From NCBI GenBank assembly GCA_043228905.1, contig JBHGNT010000014.1:124001-188000 (forward strand): DNA of 64,000 nt, given 5' to 3'. The notes below the pieces were generated by a model, which did no database searches, was not told where the DNA came from, and saw only the letters and a list, made by a program, of their open reading frames with translations. A program made the translations under genes and the position numbers. This DNA comes from Azolla caroliniana. Its lineage: Eukaryota; Plantae; Polypodiophyta. This document shows, piece after piece, positions 38,201-50,520 of the stretch; within the stretch, counting starts at the first letter, position 1; each line of letters begins with the position of its first letter.

Positions 38201-40738
38201 CACTCAACCGTAACGATTCCGGACTCTCATCTTGAGTCCCAACTTCATCATCCTCTACTAGGGCTGATTCAGGCTCACTGGCTTGATCTTCCGGCCTTGG
38301 GTCGGGATCGGAAGTCGGAGTCGGTACGGAGTACCAGGATGCCGATTCATCGAACTCGACATCCCGGCTAACTCGGACTTCCTTCGTCCGGGGGTTATAG
38401 CACTTATACCCCTTTTGCTCTTGAGCATAGCCGACTAGGATGCATTTTTCCGATTTTGCATCCAACTTTCTCCACTTCTGATCCGGCACATGCACATACG
38501 CTATGCTGCCGAATATCCGAAGGTGTCTTAAGTTCGGCTTGCGCCCGAAATACAGCTCATGAGCTGACACCTTGTCACCAATGCGGTTTTGTATGTAGAC
38601 GGCCGTCTGGACCGCCTCCGCCCAGTAGAATCTAGGCATGCTCTTTTCCTCCAGCATTGCCCTTGCCGCTTCGACGAGTGTCCGGTTCTTCCTTTCGACC
38701 ACACCGTTTTGCTCCGGTGTGTATCTGCAGCTGAACTCTCGCCGAATTCCCTTCTGTTGCAGATAACTAGTGAATTGGCCGGAAAAATATTCCTTTCCGC
38801 CATCCGACCGAAGGCATTTGATCTTCCTCTCCGATTCCCATTCCACCATCTTCTGGAGGCTCCGGAAACAGTCGAAGACTTCGCTCTTCCGCTCAATGAG
38901 GTAGATCCAAGTATGTCGAGTATAGTCATCAATGAAGGAGACGAAGTATCGGCTCCCGCCAAGGCTTACACTTTGTGTCGGTCCCCACACATCCGAATGG
39001 ATGAGATCGAGCTTGTTACGGCTCTGGTTCCGTTCAGTGGGGAATGGAAGCCGGTGTTGCTTCCCAAGTTGGCAGGCTTCACAAATTTCGGCTCTCCGGC
39101 CGCTGAACTTCGGCAAACCGAAAACGACTTGTTTCGTTTGCAGGTCTTGAAGCCTCCGGTAGTTGACGTGGCCTATCCGCTTGTGCCACAGGTCGATGTC
39201 TGACTCGACCTTCTGTCGTTTCGTGAACAGAGCGGTGCCAAAGTCATTGGTGTTGAGGATAAACATCCTCCCGTCCCTACGCCCTTGCGCAATGACTTCG
39301 CCCTCATCCTCAATGAAGCACCCGAGGTGCGTAAACCGCACCTGCATCCCCTGGTCGACAATCTGACCGACGGACACCAGGTTCTTCTTGATTGTCGGAA
39401 CGTGTAATACGTTCATCAGCTTCCCTTTCTGTCCGACGTGGCTTAGAGGGACTTCTCCGACGTGCACGATTGGGTGAGGAGTGTCGTCTCCGGTTTCGAC
39501 TACTCCTGGTTGATCCGGTTTCTCCAGAAAGGAGAACCACTCTTTGTGGCTCGTCATGTGGTTCGACGCGCCGGAATCAACATACCATACTTCCTCCGTT
39601 TTGGAAGTGGTCTTCTTCATTGAGTTTGCCTTGTGATTCATCACCAAGGCTGGCCCCTTACCAGCCTTTCCGGTTCCGGATCCTCCTGATCCGTTTGCGT
39701 AGTGCGAGTTTTGTCGGCCATCCTTATCGGTCTTGCCGGATCCGGATTTGTCCGAATCAACACGCTTTCTCTAGCACTCGCTTTCCCTGTGGCCTTTTTT
39801 GCCACAGTACCAACATTCCGTAGCGGATTTGTCTTGCCGGCCTCCGGCACCGCCTTGACTCCCCTTTCTTGTGGAAGTCCCGGAACTGCTGTCGGCACGC
39901 TCATAGTGCCTCCGTTCCTGCTCTTGCCGGTCGCCTCCATTGCGTGCCGACCCACCTCTTCCACCACGCCCACGGAGCCGATCCGTTCCCGTGTACAGCA
40001 TTCGGCTGTCCGGGGATGCACTGGTAGATGCACCGGCGTGGTTCTCCTCTACAAGGAGCATCGACTATAAGTCGAAGAATGAGGGGGTATTCTCCCTTGT
40101 ACACACCGCAGTCCGGAATGCTCCGAACTTGGACGCCAGGCCTCCGAGACATACCTGCACCATCTCGTCTTCCTCTACGGTAACATTGATAGAGGCGAGT
40201 GAGTCGCAGATCTCCTTTATCCGGCCCGTGTAGTCTGCCACAGACATGTTCTTCTGTCGAACATTGCTCAACTTCTGTCTGAGTTGCAGCTTCCGGGCAG
40301 TGGTGCTTGCAGCGAAAACCTTTTTCAGGTTCCCCCAAGCATCCTTCAATGTCTTGGCGTCACGGATGTGGCTGAGCAGCTGATCGCCGACACTGGACGC
40401 GAAGCAGTACATCACCCTGCTTGCCGCCTGTTCCCATACCGGGAAGTCCTTGTGTGCCGAGTCGGGCGCCGCATCATTCGCTCCTTCGACATAACTCCAG
40501 TATCCGTGTCCAAGCAGGTACCGGTGCATCTTGTAAGACCAGGATGCGTAGTTGCTCCTGTCGAGCTTCTCCACCGGGAGCGACGTGGCCATGCCTCTAT
40601 CCATGTCTTCTACTGTGTCTGTTTTCAACCTATTAGGGTTTTCTTCTTAAGAGTAAATGTCTGCAGCAGAGGTTCTCAACCCTCGCGCTCTGATACCATG
40701 TAAACGTAAGTGTTTGCGGAAGCGTAAAACAGAGAACA

Positions 40739-40782
<44 letters not shown>

Positions 40783-41106
40783 ACACAATTTCAAAATTAT
40801 ATAAAGACTCTATACACACTGTGCTAAGTAGCACTATTTATACAAGTCCTCTTGGGACTGACAGAAGTACCATGTACTTCAATGCTCACACGAGCATCTG
40901 ACACTTACTACGAGACTATAGCTACCTAGTGGTCTATCCTATACTAGGCTTCCGATTGGACTTCCGGTTACGGATTGCACTCGGCCTCCACTGCTTGCCA
41001 GTTCGGTTGCTCACCGTCATACCGATCCGTTTCGTCCGATCCGTCTCGCTTACCGGCTCCGGCTTATTCAGCCGATCCGACTCCGGTTTGAGCTTGCCGC
41101 TCAACA
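35176..41106 (-). mobile_element. Full-length Ty1/copia LTR retrotransposon (5931 bp) with nonsense mutations
   Basis: LTRs 40699-41106 and 35176-35561 (about 7 substitutions plus indels by eye); TSD TTAAC; iMet PBS TGGTATCAGAGC 40687-40698; PPT 35562-35573; empty site at 8746-8750. Confidence 0.97.
35556..40628 (-). pseudogene. copia gag-pol (gag, CCHC, PR, IN, RT, RNase H plus extension), one frame broken by 4 stops
   Basis: CWYCGKKGHRESEC, WYVDSGASNHM, HSDVWGP, SDGGKEY, LLYVDDLVI, YTDADW, ADIFTKPL; stops at 40065, 39771, 36981 and about 36930 (T*PDISY for TRPDISY), consistent with C>T/G>A transitions. Confidence 0.93.
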
Positions 41107-41128
41107 TTAACAATGCTTAAGAGAAAAG

Positions 41129-41255
41129 TGTATGAATCCCTTTGCCTATGTATTGCTATAATTATGAATCCCTTTGCCTATGTATTGCTTAAGAGAAAAG
41201 TTATATGCAATAGGTAAAGTGTATGAATCCCTTTGCCTATGTATTGCTATAATTA
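41129..41255. repeat. Local triplication of TATGAATCCCTTTGCCTATGTATTGCT
   Basis: Three copies here versus one in the paralog near 8822-8848. Confidence 0.85.
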
Positions 41256-42679
41256 AGAATAGCTCACCCTGAAAAAAAAAAGTGGGATCCACACGAAACA
41301 AGGTTTCTTCAGAGATCCATCTAGCTTCGCAACACAGACTCCCTTTCCATTTGTTTGTACCATTGTTCTAATGGATTCCCCAAGAGGTCAATGATTTGTC
41401 AATTTCCTTCAACTCCAGCATTATACCTTACCTTTAGCAGGCATTAAACTTTGACTTTGTTGTTCCAATGCCTACCTTCGGCCATTTGAGCTACTCTCCA
41501 ATTTTGTTTTAATGTTCTTCTGTTCACCTTTGTCTCTTCCTTTTGGGTTCTTTTCTCCTTTTGCACACACCATATTGGAGGAACTTATAAACTTCTTACG
41601 TTCTTTAGGTGAGCACGTGTCTTTAGTAACGAGACATATTTCACTATAGCAAGGCTAAGTGATGTGTGTCTTGTTTGATCCAAGATGATTCTTGGTGTCC
41701 TTGATGCTATGAGGAGGTCAACCATCAATCATGTTGTTCTAGTGTAGGTCATAGTTACTTCATTCTCTAGCGTTTCCTCTCAATTATCCTCTAGGCCCTA
41801 GTTTGTGTTGTTTGGTTTAACTTGAGCATTAGACGATCGAGTGACCTCTTGTTGGTCGACAAACCTATTAATTGTCTCTACCTAAAGTCTTACATTTCTA
41901 GTTGTTCAATAGTTTTTGCATGGTGAGCTCTTTTGGTTGTTAAATCCCCTTGAAGTTGCATTATTGTGTTTGTTGTTAGATCCTGCCTCATTTTTCCATT
42001 TAACTACCTCTTCATTAATTCAACCTACAATAAGTATCGTCTATGAGTTAGTTCACGTTCTCTCGAGCTTCTCATGTCCTTCATTCAGTTGTTATAATTT
42101 GAGCCTTCATTAATATGACTCTCCATATAATATGAAATTCTCATAGGTTGCATCTATTGACTCCCTTACTTCATCATTCTTATTAACTTCAATTAAATTA
42201 ATCTTATGAGCATTTACTTGATTTTGTGTGATTTTGTGGCCCCTACTCTCCATAGAATCGGGGCAATTCCTCCTTCTCGCTTGGGATGTCGGCAATTTGG
42301 TGAAATGCTCCCACGCACAAAATAATTTTTTATTTATTCCAAAAAACACTCAAAACAATTTTAACACTGCACTTTGACATTTTGTTTCCCAATACATAAA
42401 GGCCTTCATGTATTGGCCTTCACCCAAAAAGTTTTGACCCGATTCGGCAATCAAATATTGGATCAGGCAAAGGGTGGTCACATGGAGATTTCCATGACAA
42501 CTCCTTCATGGAAACCTCCACGTTAGGAAGGAGCATATATTGACATATTCGCATTCGTGGAGGTTACCAAACAAATGCATGCGAATACGCATAAGAATGC
42601 ATGGAAAGTTTTCGTTAAGAAAAAAAAGAGTTCATACTTTTTAGTTTCTAATATATATATATATCAAATAACAAAGAGA

Positions 42680-45285
42680 CTTCTTCTTTTTTTCCAAAAA
42701 AACACTACTTCGCATTAGTTAGCAAACAAAATTACATCATAGAACACCCAAAGTTCTTCTCACCAGCCCTCACTCTGGCCTTCCCACCAAAGTGGACATA
42801 GTCCCCACCTCATTTTCAACAAACGTATCCAAACAACTCCAATAACCTAATAATTTGTACCATATCTATACAGATTTACAGCACCTAGACGTTGTTGGAA
42901 ACCGGAAACAGCCATCGGGGTGCTTGGTAGTTCCATTGAGGCCCTGATGAGGATCTGCCCACCATAGGAGAATTACCACATTTCAGCAAGAACTTTGATC
43001 GAGATCTTTCAGCTGCATCAGATTCCCCCTTGATTGAGTCGTATCGTCCCCACAGCCAAGATACCAACTCAAACCAGATATTTAATAATACCTCACCGCT
43101 GGGGATCTTTTGTTGTTGAAAAACAAATTTACAACGGTTGGTCCAAATGTGCCAGACCGATAAACAAGACACCATCATCCATATCTCTTCAAAAAATTCT
43201 GAGTTAGTGCCATGTCGAACTCCAGCCCGTTGAAACACCTCGCCATCCTGCACTATAAAACCATGTCTGTGGGGGTTTAACTGTTCAGCCCAGCCTTCCC
43301 CTGTTAACTTCAGCCCTTGTACGGACCCCCATACAACTCTCCCATTCACTCCGCGTGCTGCCACTATCCTAAGACTTCTACCCCAAATGTTAATAGCCTC
43401 GCTACAGTTCCAAAAACAATGAGGAATTGATTCCAAAGGGTGTCCACAATTTTTGCATCCAGCCTCACCACCATGACACCTAAGCCACTCCCCCACCGGC
43501 ACCGCTTTGTGACTAAGAAGCCACAACCAAAGCTTTATTTTTTCTGGCATATCAAACGCCCATAGCCTCCTCCAAAACGACTTCAACCAGTCATCAGAAA
43601 TGCCTTTATCCTTCAAACTATTGTGGTTTAGGCCAACACCCATCAATTTAGAGCCAATGATTTGCCTTCCTAGCTTGGTAGTGTACTCGAAAAACCGTTC
43701 AAGTTTGTCCGTTCCCGGTTTCTGCCACCACACCTCTAGTGGATCCCAATCCAGATCACATATGGGCTTGTTGTCAACTATCCAGAGTTTACGATCAGAT
43801 TCTAGCTTCCCTGGGTCCGGGTTTACTTGCCACTTCTTAAGTTCCAACATTGCCACTCGCACTGCCAACCATTGGCCATTGTCTGCCAAAGCACTTAGGT
43901 TGCCCCACAAACGATACTCATTAGATGGGCACCTGCCTCGGATAATTTGTCCATCGCCCTCACCTACAAACCACCCAAACCAGACCCCCTCTTCTTCATT
44001 CAGCCTAGCTAGACCATCAACAGCCTTATCTATCAAGTGGGTAACCTTTTCCAGCCTGTCGGTAAATCTAGGACTTCCAACCAGACCCTCCCTTCTTCTC
44101 CTTTTGAACTCCTCCCAGACTCTTACTGAACTAACATTGTACCCTACCATTTTTCCCCATGGCAAGTATTTTTTCTGACCAAGCATCATACCATCATCAC
44201 TTCGAATCCTGGGGTTCCAAAATAGAGGTTGACGGAGTTGTTCCTCCATTGTTTTTGGCTGCATTAAGACCAACCCCTCTCTTAAACTTGACCAAGCCCT
44301 CATTATGGTGCGGGCCACCCTATCCTCCATGCTAATAGGTTCTTTTAACGTTAGGCCTGGACTGAACAACCACCACATCTTTGCCTTCCAAGGGCCGCCA
44401 TTCCTCGGACTCCAGAGTTCAGCTCTGTCTCTAAGAAGCAATTTCCACAATTCTGGTCCAGGTTGGAGACTTCGCACCAAGAGCTTACCAAGTAAAGCCT
44501 TACTTTGGTGACCTGGATCCACCATCCCAAGTCCACCTTGACTTTTTGCCTTGATCAAACAACTCCAGGCCACTTTAGTTGAAGCAGTCTCATGGTCTCT
44601 ACCCGACCAAAGGAACCCTCTCACCATTGCCTTAATATTTTTTATGCACTCTTTATCTAACATCCAGCATGCCAACGAGTGCCACATGGTGGCCAACAAA
44701 ATATGGTTTACCACAACCACTCTACATGCAAGGGAAAGCTTTATTGATGCCCATAACCGAAGCTTTTTTCTGATTTTGTCTTTCACTTGCTCAAGTTGCT
44801 GATTTTTCTGAATCTCTATTCCCACCAAAAAGCCCAAATACTTAACAGCCCTTCCATTAGGAACCCATTGAAAATCAGCATTAGGTTGCCAATTCGGCCA
44901 AGAGTTTGGACTTACCCAAAACCCTCTACTTTTGTTCCAATTAATTTTCCCACCTGATGCTTTACAGAACAACTCAATTCGATTTTCAGCCTACTGTAAA
45001 TTAGCATCATTGCCTTGCAGATAGAGCATGGTGTCATCTGCATACATGGAGTTCAACAAGTTCTTACAAGCATGTGGGACAACCAAACCCCGAATTCCTG
45101 CATCCGGTCTATTTAAAAAGAAAGAGAATGCCTCTGAGATAAATAAATAAAGGTAGGGGGCCAATGGGCACCCCTGTCTTACAGACTTGCATAATGGAAT
45201 TGATGGGCCCCGTTGCCCTAGTACCAACACCCTACTCAAGCTTCCTTTGTAAAGCGCCAACGCAGCTGCTCTCCATTTTGAGGGA
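42680..45285 (-). mobile_element. 5'-truncated L1-like LINE (ORF2 RT to zf-RVT)
   Basis: RQGCPLAPYLY and YADD (44991-45260), one stop, then a 695-aa ORF with KYLG, CKNCGHPLESIPHCFWNC and WNYQAPRWLFP; T-run near 42686-42693; no TSD recognised. Confidence 0.92.
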
Positions 45286-45289
45286 TATT

Positions 45290-46388
45290 TAACTTCACAT
45301 TAAAAAGGAGATTTACACTAAATAATATTTTTATATAATAGATGGAAAACTTAAAAGTTAAAAGTATTTGTTTTGTTTTTGATAAATATGAAAATAATAA
45401 TACATAATAAATAAAAGATTAATTAATTCCCCACAATTTACTCTCCCACAAAATTTGATATTTTTATTTGTTATTAAAAGGGGACCTCATATTAATAATA
45501 ATATGGTTTGCGCTTATCGGCTGCCTACGAGGGCAATTGGACGAGGTTTGCAGCCATTCCAACGACGTTTGGCAGAAATGGCAAAACACGCCTATGGTGA
45601 CACAAGGAGGAAGTGGCCCAAGGTGGAACTACCAACACCCACTCTGGCTGTTTCCGACTCACTTGCCACCCTCCCTTCATTTTAGGCCCCAGGAGTTCTC
45701 TCGTACTAGCCAACAGTGAAGGGCACCGTTTTTAGCTACAGGTATCTACTTACATTAAGTAGTCAGTCCAAAAGGCTATGTAACTAGTCTCATTTTGTTG
45801 AACTTGATCGGAGGGAGATTCCCCGTTTGTGTATAAGCCTCATTGTACAATCTCTGTGTAATAATCTTTCCTAACTAATGGGAAAGTAGCTTCATTTTGG
45901 AATATATATATATATTTACTTACTTATTTATTTATTTATAATATATATAAAACTTAAATGTATTTGTTTTATTTTTTAATAAAACAATAAATATATATAA
46001 ATAAATAAAAGGTTCCCATAAATTTCATATTTTTATCTCACATTAAAAAGGGGAACTCACACTAATAATACTTTTATAATATATATAAAACTTAAATGTA
46101 TTTGTTTTATATTTTATTATAACAATATATATATATGTAAAATAAATAGAATAAATAAAAGTTTCTCATAAAAATTCATATTTTTATCTCACATTTAAAA
46201 GGGAACCTTACACTAATAATATTCTTATAATAGATGAAAAACTTAAAAGTATTTGTTTTATTTTTAATAAAACAAAATTTTAAAAAATTATAAAAAAAAA
46301 GGTTCATTAATTCTCCACTTTTTACTCTCTTGACATTAAACAAGGGACCTTAAACTAATAATATTTTTATATAATAGATATAAAAATA
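45290..46388. repeat. AT-rich degenerate tandem repeat, interrupted by a LINE fragment
   Basis: Recurrent AAAAGGGGA(A/C)CT..ACACTAATAATA...AAAACTTAAA.GTATTTGTTTT blocks; partial paralog at 21870-22130. Confidence 0.75.
45503..45900 (+). mobile_element. LINE 3'-end fragment, same family as the tail of the U6 chimera
   Basis: WQKWQNTPMVTQGGSGPRWNYQHPLWLFP and a 3' UTR alignable to 22405-22734; no U6 attached. Confidence 0.85.
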
Positions 46389-46818
46389 GGAATGGGCTAT
46401 TTGCCCCCCCCCCCCCCCCCAAAAAAAAAGAGGCGTAGTTACTCTTCCTTCTTTCTCTTTCTTTTTCTTCTTCTTCTTCTTCTTCTTCCTCAAGTTTCCA
46501 ATCAATACTGTGGATTCCTTTTTCTTTTACATGATGTCTTAGGCGATGGGGAGGGTCGGTGGTGGCTGCTGGGTGCCGCCACTGGAGGAGGAGGAGGAGG
46601 TGTGGGTAGGGAAGCAGCGGCGGACGAGTCCCTGTTTGTCTTTTGTGAGTATCGTCAGTCAAGCCTAGAGGGTTGCGATATTTTACCCCATAGTAGCACT
46701 TGAAAGTGACTTTTCTATTGTCACTATGCTTATCCACCACAACAATTATATTTTGAGCACGGAAATGGTCCTTGATAAAACTGATTAGAGCCCCTCTCTC
46801 AGTCAAATAGCCCATTCC
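46389..46818 (-). mobile_element. 430-bp non-autonomous TIR element with a MULE/FAR1-like coding remnant
   Basis: Perfect 15-bp TIR GGAATGGGCTATTTG; 8-bp TSD TAAAAATA; empty site at about 22120-22127; peptide KVTFKCYYGVKYRNPLGLTDDTHKRQTGTR. Confidence 0.85.
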
Positions 46819-48510
46819 TAAAAATATTAGTTTTTAAAATAATAAATAATAAATAAACTAATGGTTCTGTAATATTCTTGGGCTCATTTTGTATTCTCGA
46901 ATATTGCGAATACTACGAATTTCACGCATGGGTCAATCTATGGGAAGGAGCATGAATGAGTGCTTGATGAACAAAAAAAAGAAGAGAGATGAAGGGAGAA
47001 GGAGCAACGCTTTAGTTGTTATATGACCCAATGCAATTGTTGCAATTGTTATAAGGTCACCGTAGACCACTAACACACAACACCAAACTTGTAGCCTTGT
47101 GCACCCGAGCCTATGCTTAGACCCCCCAAGCCTAGTCTCCACACTACAAGCGTGTTTTCTTCTTCTCACCTATTCTCCAAACGGAAGTACTCCCAACTAG
47201 GGAAGGGGGGAAGGGATGGAACCTTACAAGTCGTAGATTCCCCTCACTTGTTGACAAATTCTATCCATACACCCCTTTACATGCATCGAAACATATATAC
47301 ATCTGCAAATACACACAATGTGTTAGGCAAGTGATGAATATTCGAAGCCAATTTACCGTAGTTCTTAAATATTCTCATTCACATGAATGCCAAAATGCCA
47401 CAAAGAAATCATTTTCGAGATTACCAAGTTGTTTCGGTAGTTGCCCAACTACCAAAACAACTACATGGTTGAAATCAAGATAGTTTGAGAGATCATAAAT
47501 ATGATTAACAAAAGTAGGAGAGTAATAAGCATAAAAATCTGAGTAACCAAAGTTTGAAAAATCAAATCTTTAAGTTTTATAAACTCAAGATGAGTAATGG
47601 CTCAAAGAGTTCAAAATGTGGCTTTTTGGTGAAAATTGGCCTTCATATATATACAAAGGGAACCAACCCTGAACCCAAAATCCTAAACCATACAAACTTT
47701 AAACGGTAAACCCATTCAAGTTGTATCTTTCTTGTTTCATCAACTACGAACATGATGTTTGGGTTGACATTTTGGTCTTTATAAAGTTTACTTACAATAA
47801 CACAATTTTTTATCCACCAGATATACTCCCTTCTTTGGGTTTTAAGATTTTGGCTTTGTGGAGATTAAGACGAAAGTATTTAGTCCATAATCGATAGTTG
47901 TTAATTGGCTTATGAAGCATTAACCTAGACTCAAACTTAAACCAAATCCACATAAAGTGTTCCTCTAACCTAAACCATCCAATATTGTCCTATCAATGAG
48001 ACTTTGAAATGATGGTAGATATGCAATTCATTGATGTTGATAGCCATGATCCACAACTAATTCACAACCAACATCATTGAGATTCACAATATTTTCATGT
48101 TCCTACCATACTTTAACTCTATCAATAGCCCTCAATATCAAGTGCTTCCAACATGCTAAGTCTTATGATACCCTCTTTCGCAATCTCCATTCTTAAATCA
48201 CCATCCTCAATATACCACACCCCTCACCACCTCAACCTCATGTACTTTCACAATATTAGCATTGAGTACGTTACTCTAAGTCTTACGCTAGTAGCTTGTA
48301 ATTTGCATGGTTAAGTTTAATGTATAGAGGGATTCTTGTTCTTTTCATGTACTTTCTTTCTATTTTAACTGTTTGGATTAATGTTTAGAGGGATAACTTT
48401 AAAGAGGGACTCTTGATAGAGAAAACACTGATGTCCTTCCCCATGTTATGGTGCATAGAGGAGCACTTGCAAAATTTCTCATGAACCTGCAAAGCATACA
48501 ACATCACCAT

Positions 48511-50520
48511 TAAATATTGAGAAATGCTTGAGCATCTCCCTGTCCCGGAAGCACAAGATAGACAATCTGCTCTGCACGATTCAAGTTTCCTGTGTTCCTA
48601 CAAGAACTTAAAATTGAATTCCAAACTGGATGATTAGGATATAATGGCATCTTCTCAACGATCATTCATACCTTGTCAAATTGTCCTGAATGACCAAGAA
48701 GATTAACCATCCAGGTCTGATGTTCGATACATGGAATAATGCCTTATTCCTTGTTCATGGCCTCGAAGAATGTCTCGCTCTGACTGAATAAACCCAGACG
48801 ACTGAATGCATTGAAGACAACAATAAAGGTCACTGGATCAGGCTTTATTCCTTCACCTAGAATTCTGTCAAAAACAGTTAAAAGATCTTCACATTCTCCA
48901 ATCTGGGAATATCCTGAAATTAGTGAATTCCATAATGCAACATCTCGAACTGGAAGATTGCTGAACACAGACTTTGCCATGCCCAAATAACCACATTTGA
49001 CATACATGTCGACCAACGTGCTGGCAGTGACTATATCACCTTCTAAAAAACCCTTCCTTGCAATTTCATTATGGATCTCAAGACCTTTTCTTATTGTTCC
49101 CATGATGGCACAAGCTTTCAAGCCGCAAATATACGTAAGATGATCTGGCAGAACACCTTGATCTTGCATTACTTCAAAATACTTCATTGTTTCCTCTCCA
49201 TGCCCCTTATCTGCATATCCAGCAATCAAAACATTCCACGAGATTACATCTCTCAATTGAAGCTTATCAAACACCTCTTGTGCTTTACTCATCGCACCAC
49301 ATTTGGCATACATATCAACCAAGGTATTGCCAACAGTCAGATCTTTACCCAATAACCCTATCCTTTGAACCTCTGCATGTATTTTTTCACCTTTGTTATT
49401 GTCTCTTAAACTGCTACAAGCCTTCAAACATGACATGAATGTGACACAATTTGGGGAGATACCATTATGCTGCATGTGTTCAAAATACTTGAGTGCTTCT
49501 TCACCATGGCCATGGTCAGCACATCCTGTGATAATTGTGGTCCATAAGACAGCATCTCGGACAGGAAGGTTGTCAAACAATTCCTTTGCTTCCTCCAGAA
49601 ACCCACATTTCACATACATGTCAACGAAGGAACTCTGAAGAAAAAGGTTTCCTTGAAAAGGTTCAATTCCAGCATGTATCTCTCTGCCCTTAATTACATC
49701 CCCTATGCTGCCACATGCCTTCAAACCATAAAGAAATATGATGCTATCTGGTGAGATACCCTCAAGTTTCATCTGTTCAAAACATTTGAGGGCTTTTTCA
49801 CTATAGCCATGTTCAGAATATCCTGCAATTACTTCAGCATGTATTTCTTGGCCCTTATCAACTTCTCCAAGATTTCCACAAGCCTTCAAACTCCAAACAA
49901 ATGTGAAAGAGTCTGGTACGGAGCCCTCTACTTGCATTTCTTCATAATAATCAAGAGCCTTTCCAGGCATTCCTTGTTCTACATATCCTGCAATCAATGT
50001 GTTTCATGCTAACCTGTTCCGTATGGGAATTTTGCAAAACACATCATGTGCTTTTGCAAGTGCCCCCCATTTCACATACATTTCCACCAAAGCACTGCCA
50101 ACAAGGTGGTTGTTTTGGAGAAAACGCATTCTTGCCATTTCTGCATGTATTTCCCGGCCTTCATTCATGGCTCTAGAGTCACCACATGCTTTCACGCAGC
50201 ATTCAAATGTAACAGCGTTAGGAGAGACACCTTTGAGACACATCTGTCTCAAACACCCAATATGCTCAACATAACCTGCAATGAGTGCTGTCCATACAAC
50301 AACGTTGGGAGCCCGAATCTTTGTAAACACTTTGTGCGCCCTAGAAAGCAAGCCACACTTGGCATACATATCAATCAAGGTGCTACTAATGAAAAGGTTG
50401 GTTTCCAGAAGCCCAATTCGGGCAACCTCTTCATGTATTTCAACACCTCTTTTTGCATCCTTCAGCTTGGCACAAGCTTTCAAAGCAGCGATGAAAGCAT
50501 TGCAAGGGCGAGACATATTG
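48511..50520 (-). pseudogene. PLS-class PPR gene with E-like C-terminus; pseudogene
   Basis: Repeated LVDMY(A/V)KCG, SWN.LI.GY and ALKAC motifs; frameshift near 50000, stop at 48744, fused half-repeats from internal deletions; C-terminal WNSILSSCR. Confidence 0.9.

Noticed and set aside
40062-40067. Programmed readthrough at the TAG inside copia gag
   Set aside because: One of four stops in the same frame, each explainable by a single transition, some within conserved motifs
48511-50520. Functional PPR gene rescued by introns or RNA editing
   Set aside because: Frameshift, stop and in-repeat deletions without splice signals; plant U-to-C editing is organellar, not nuclear
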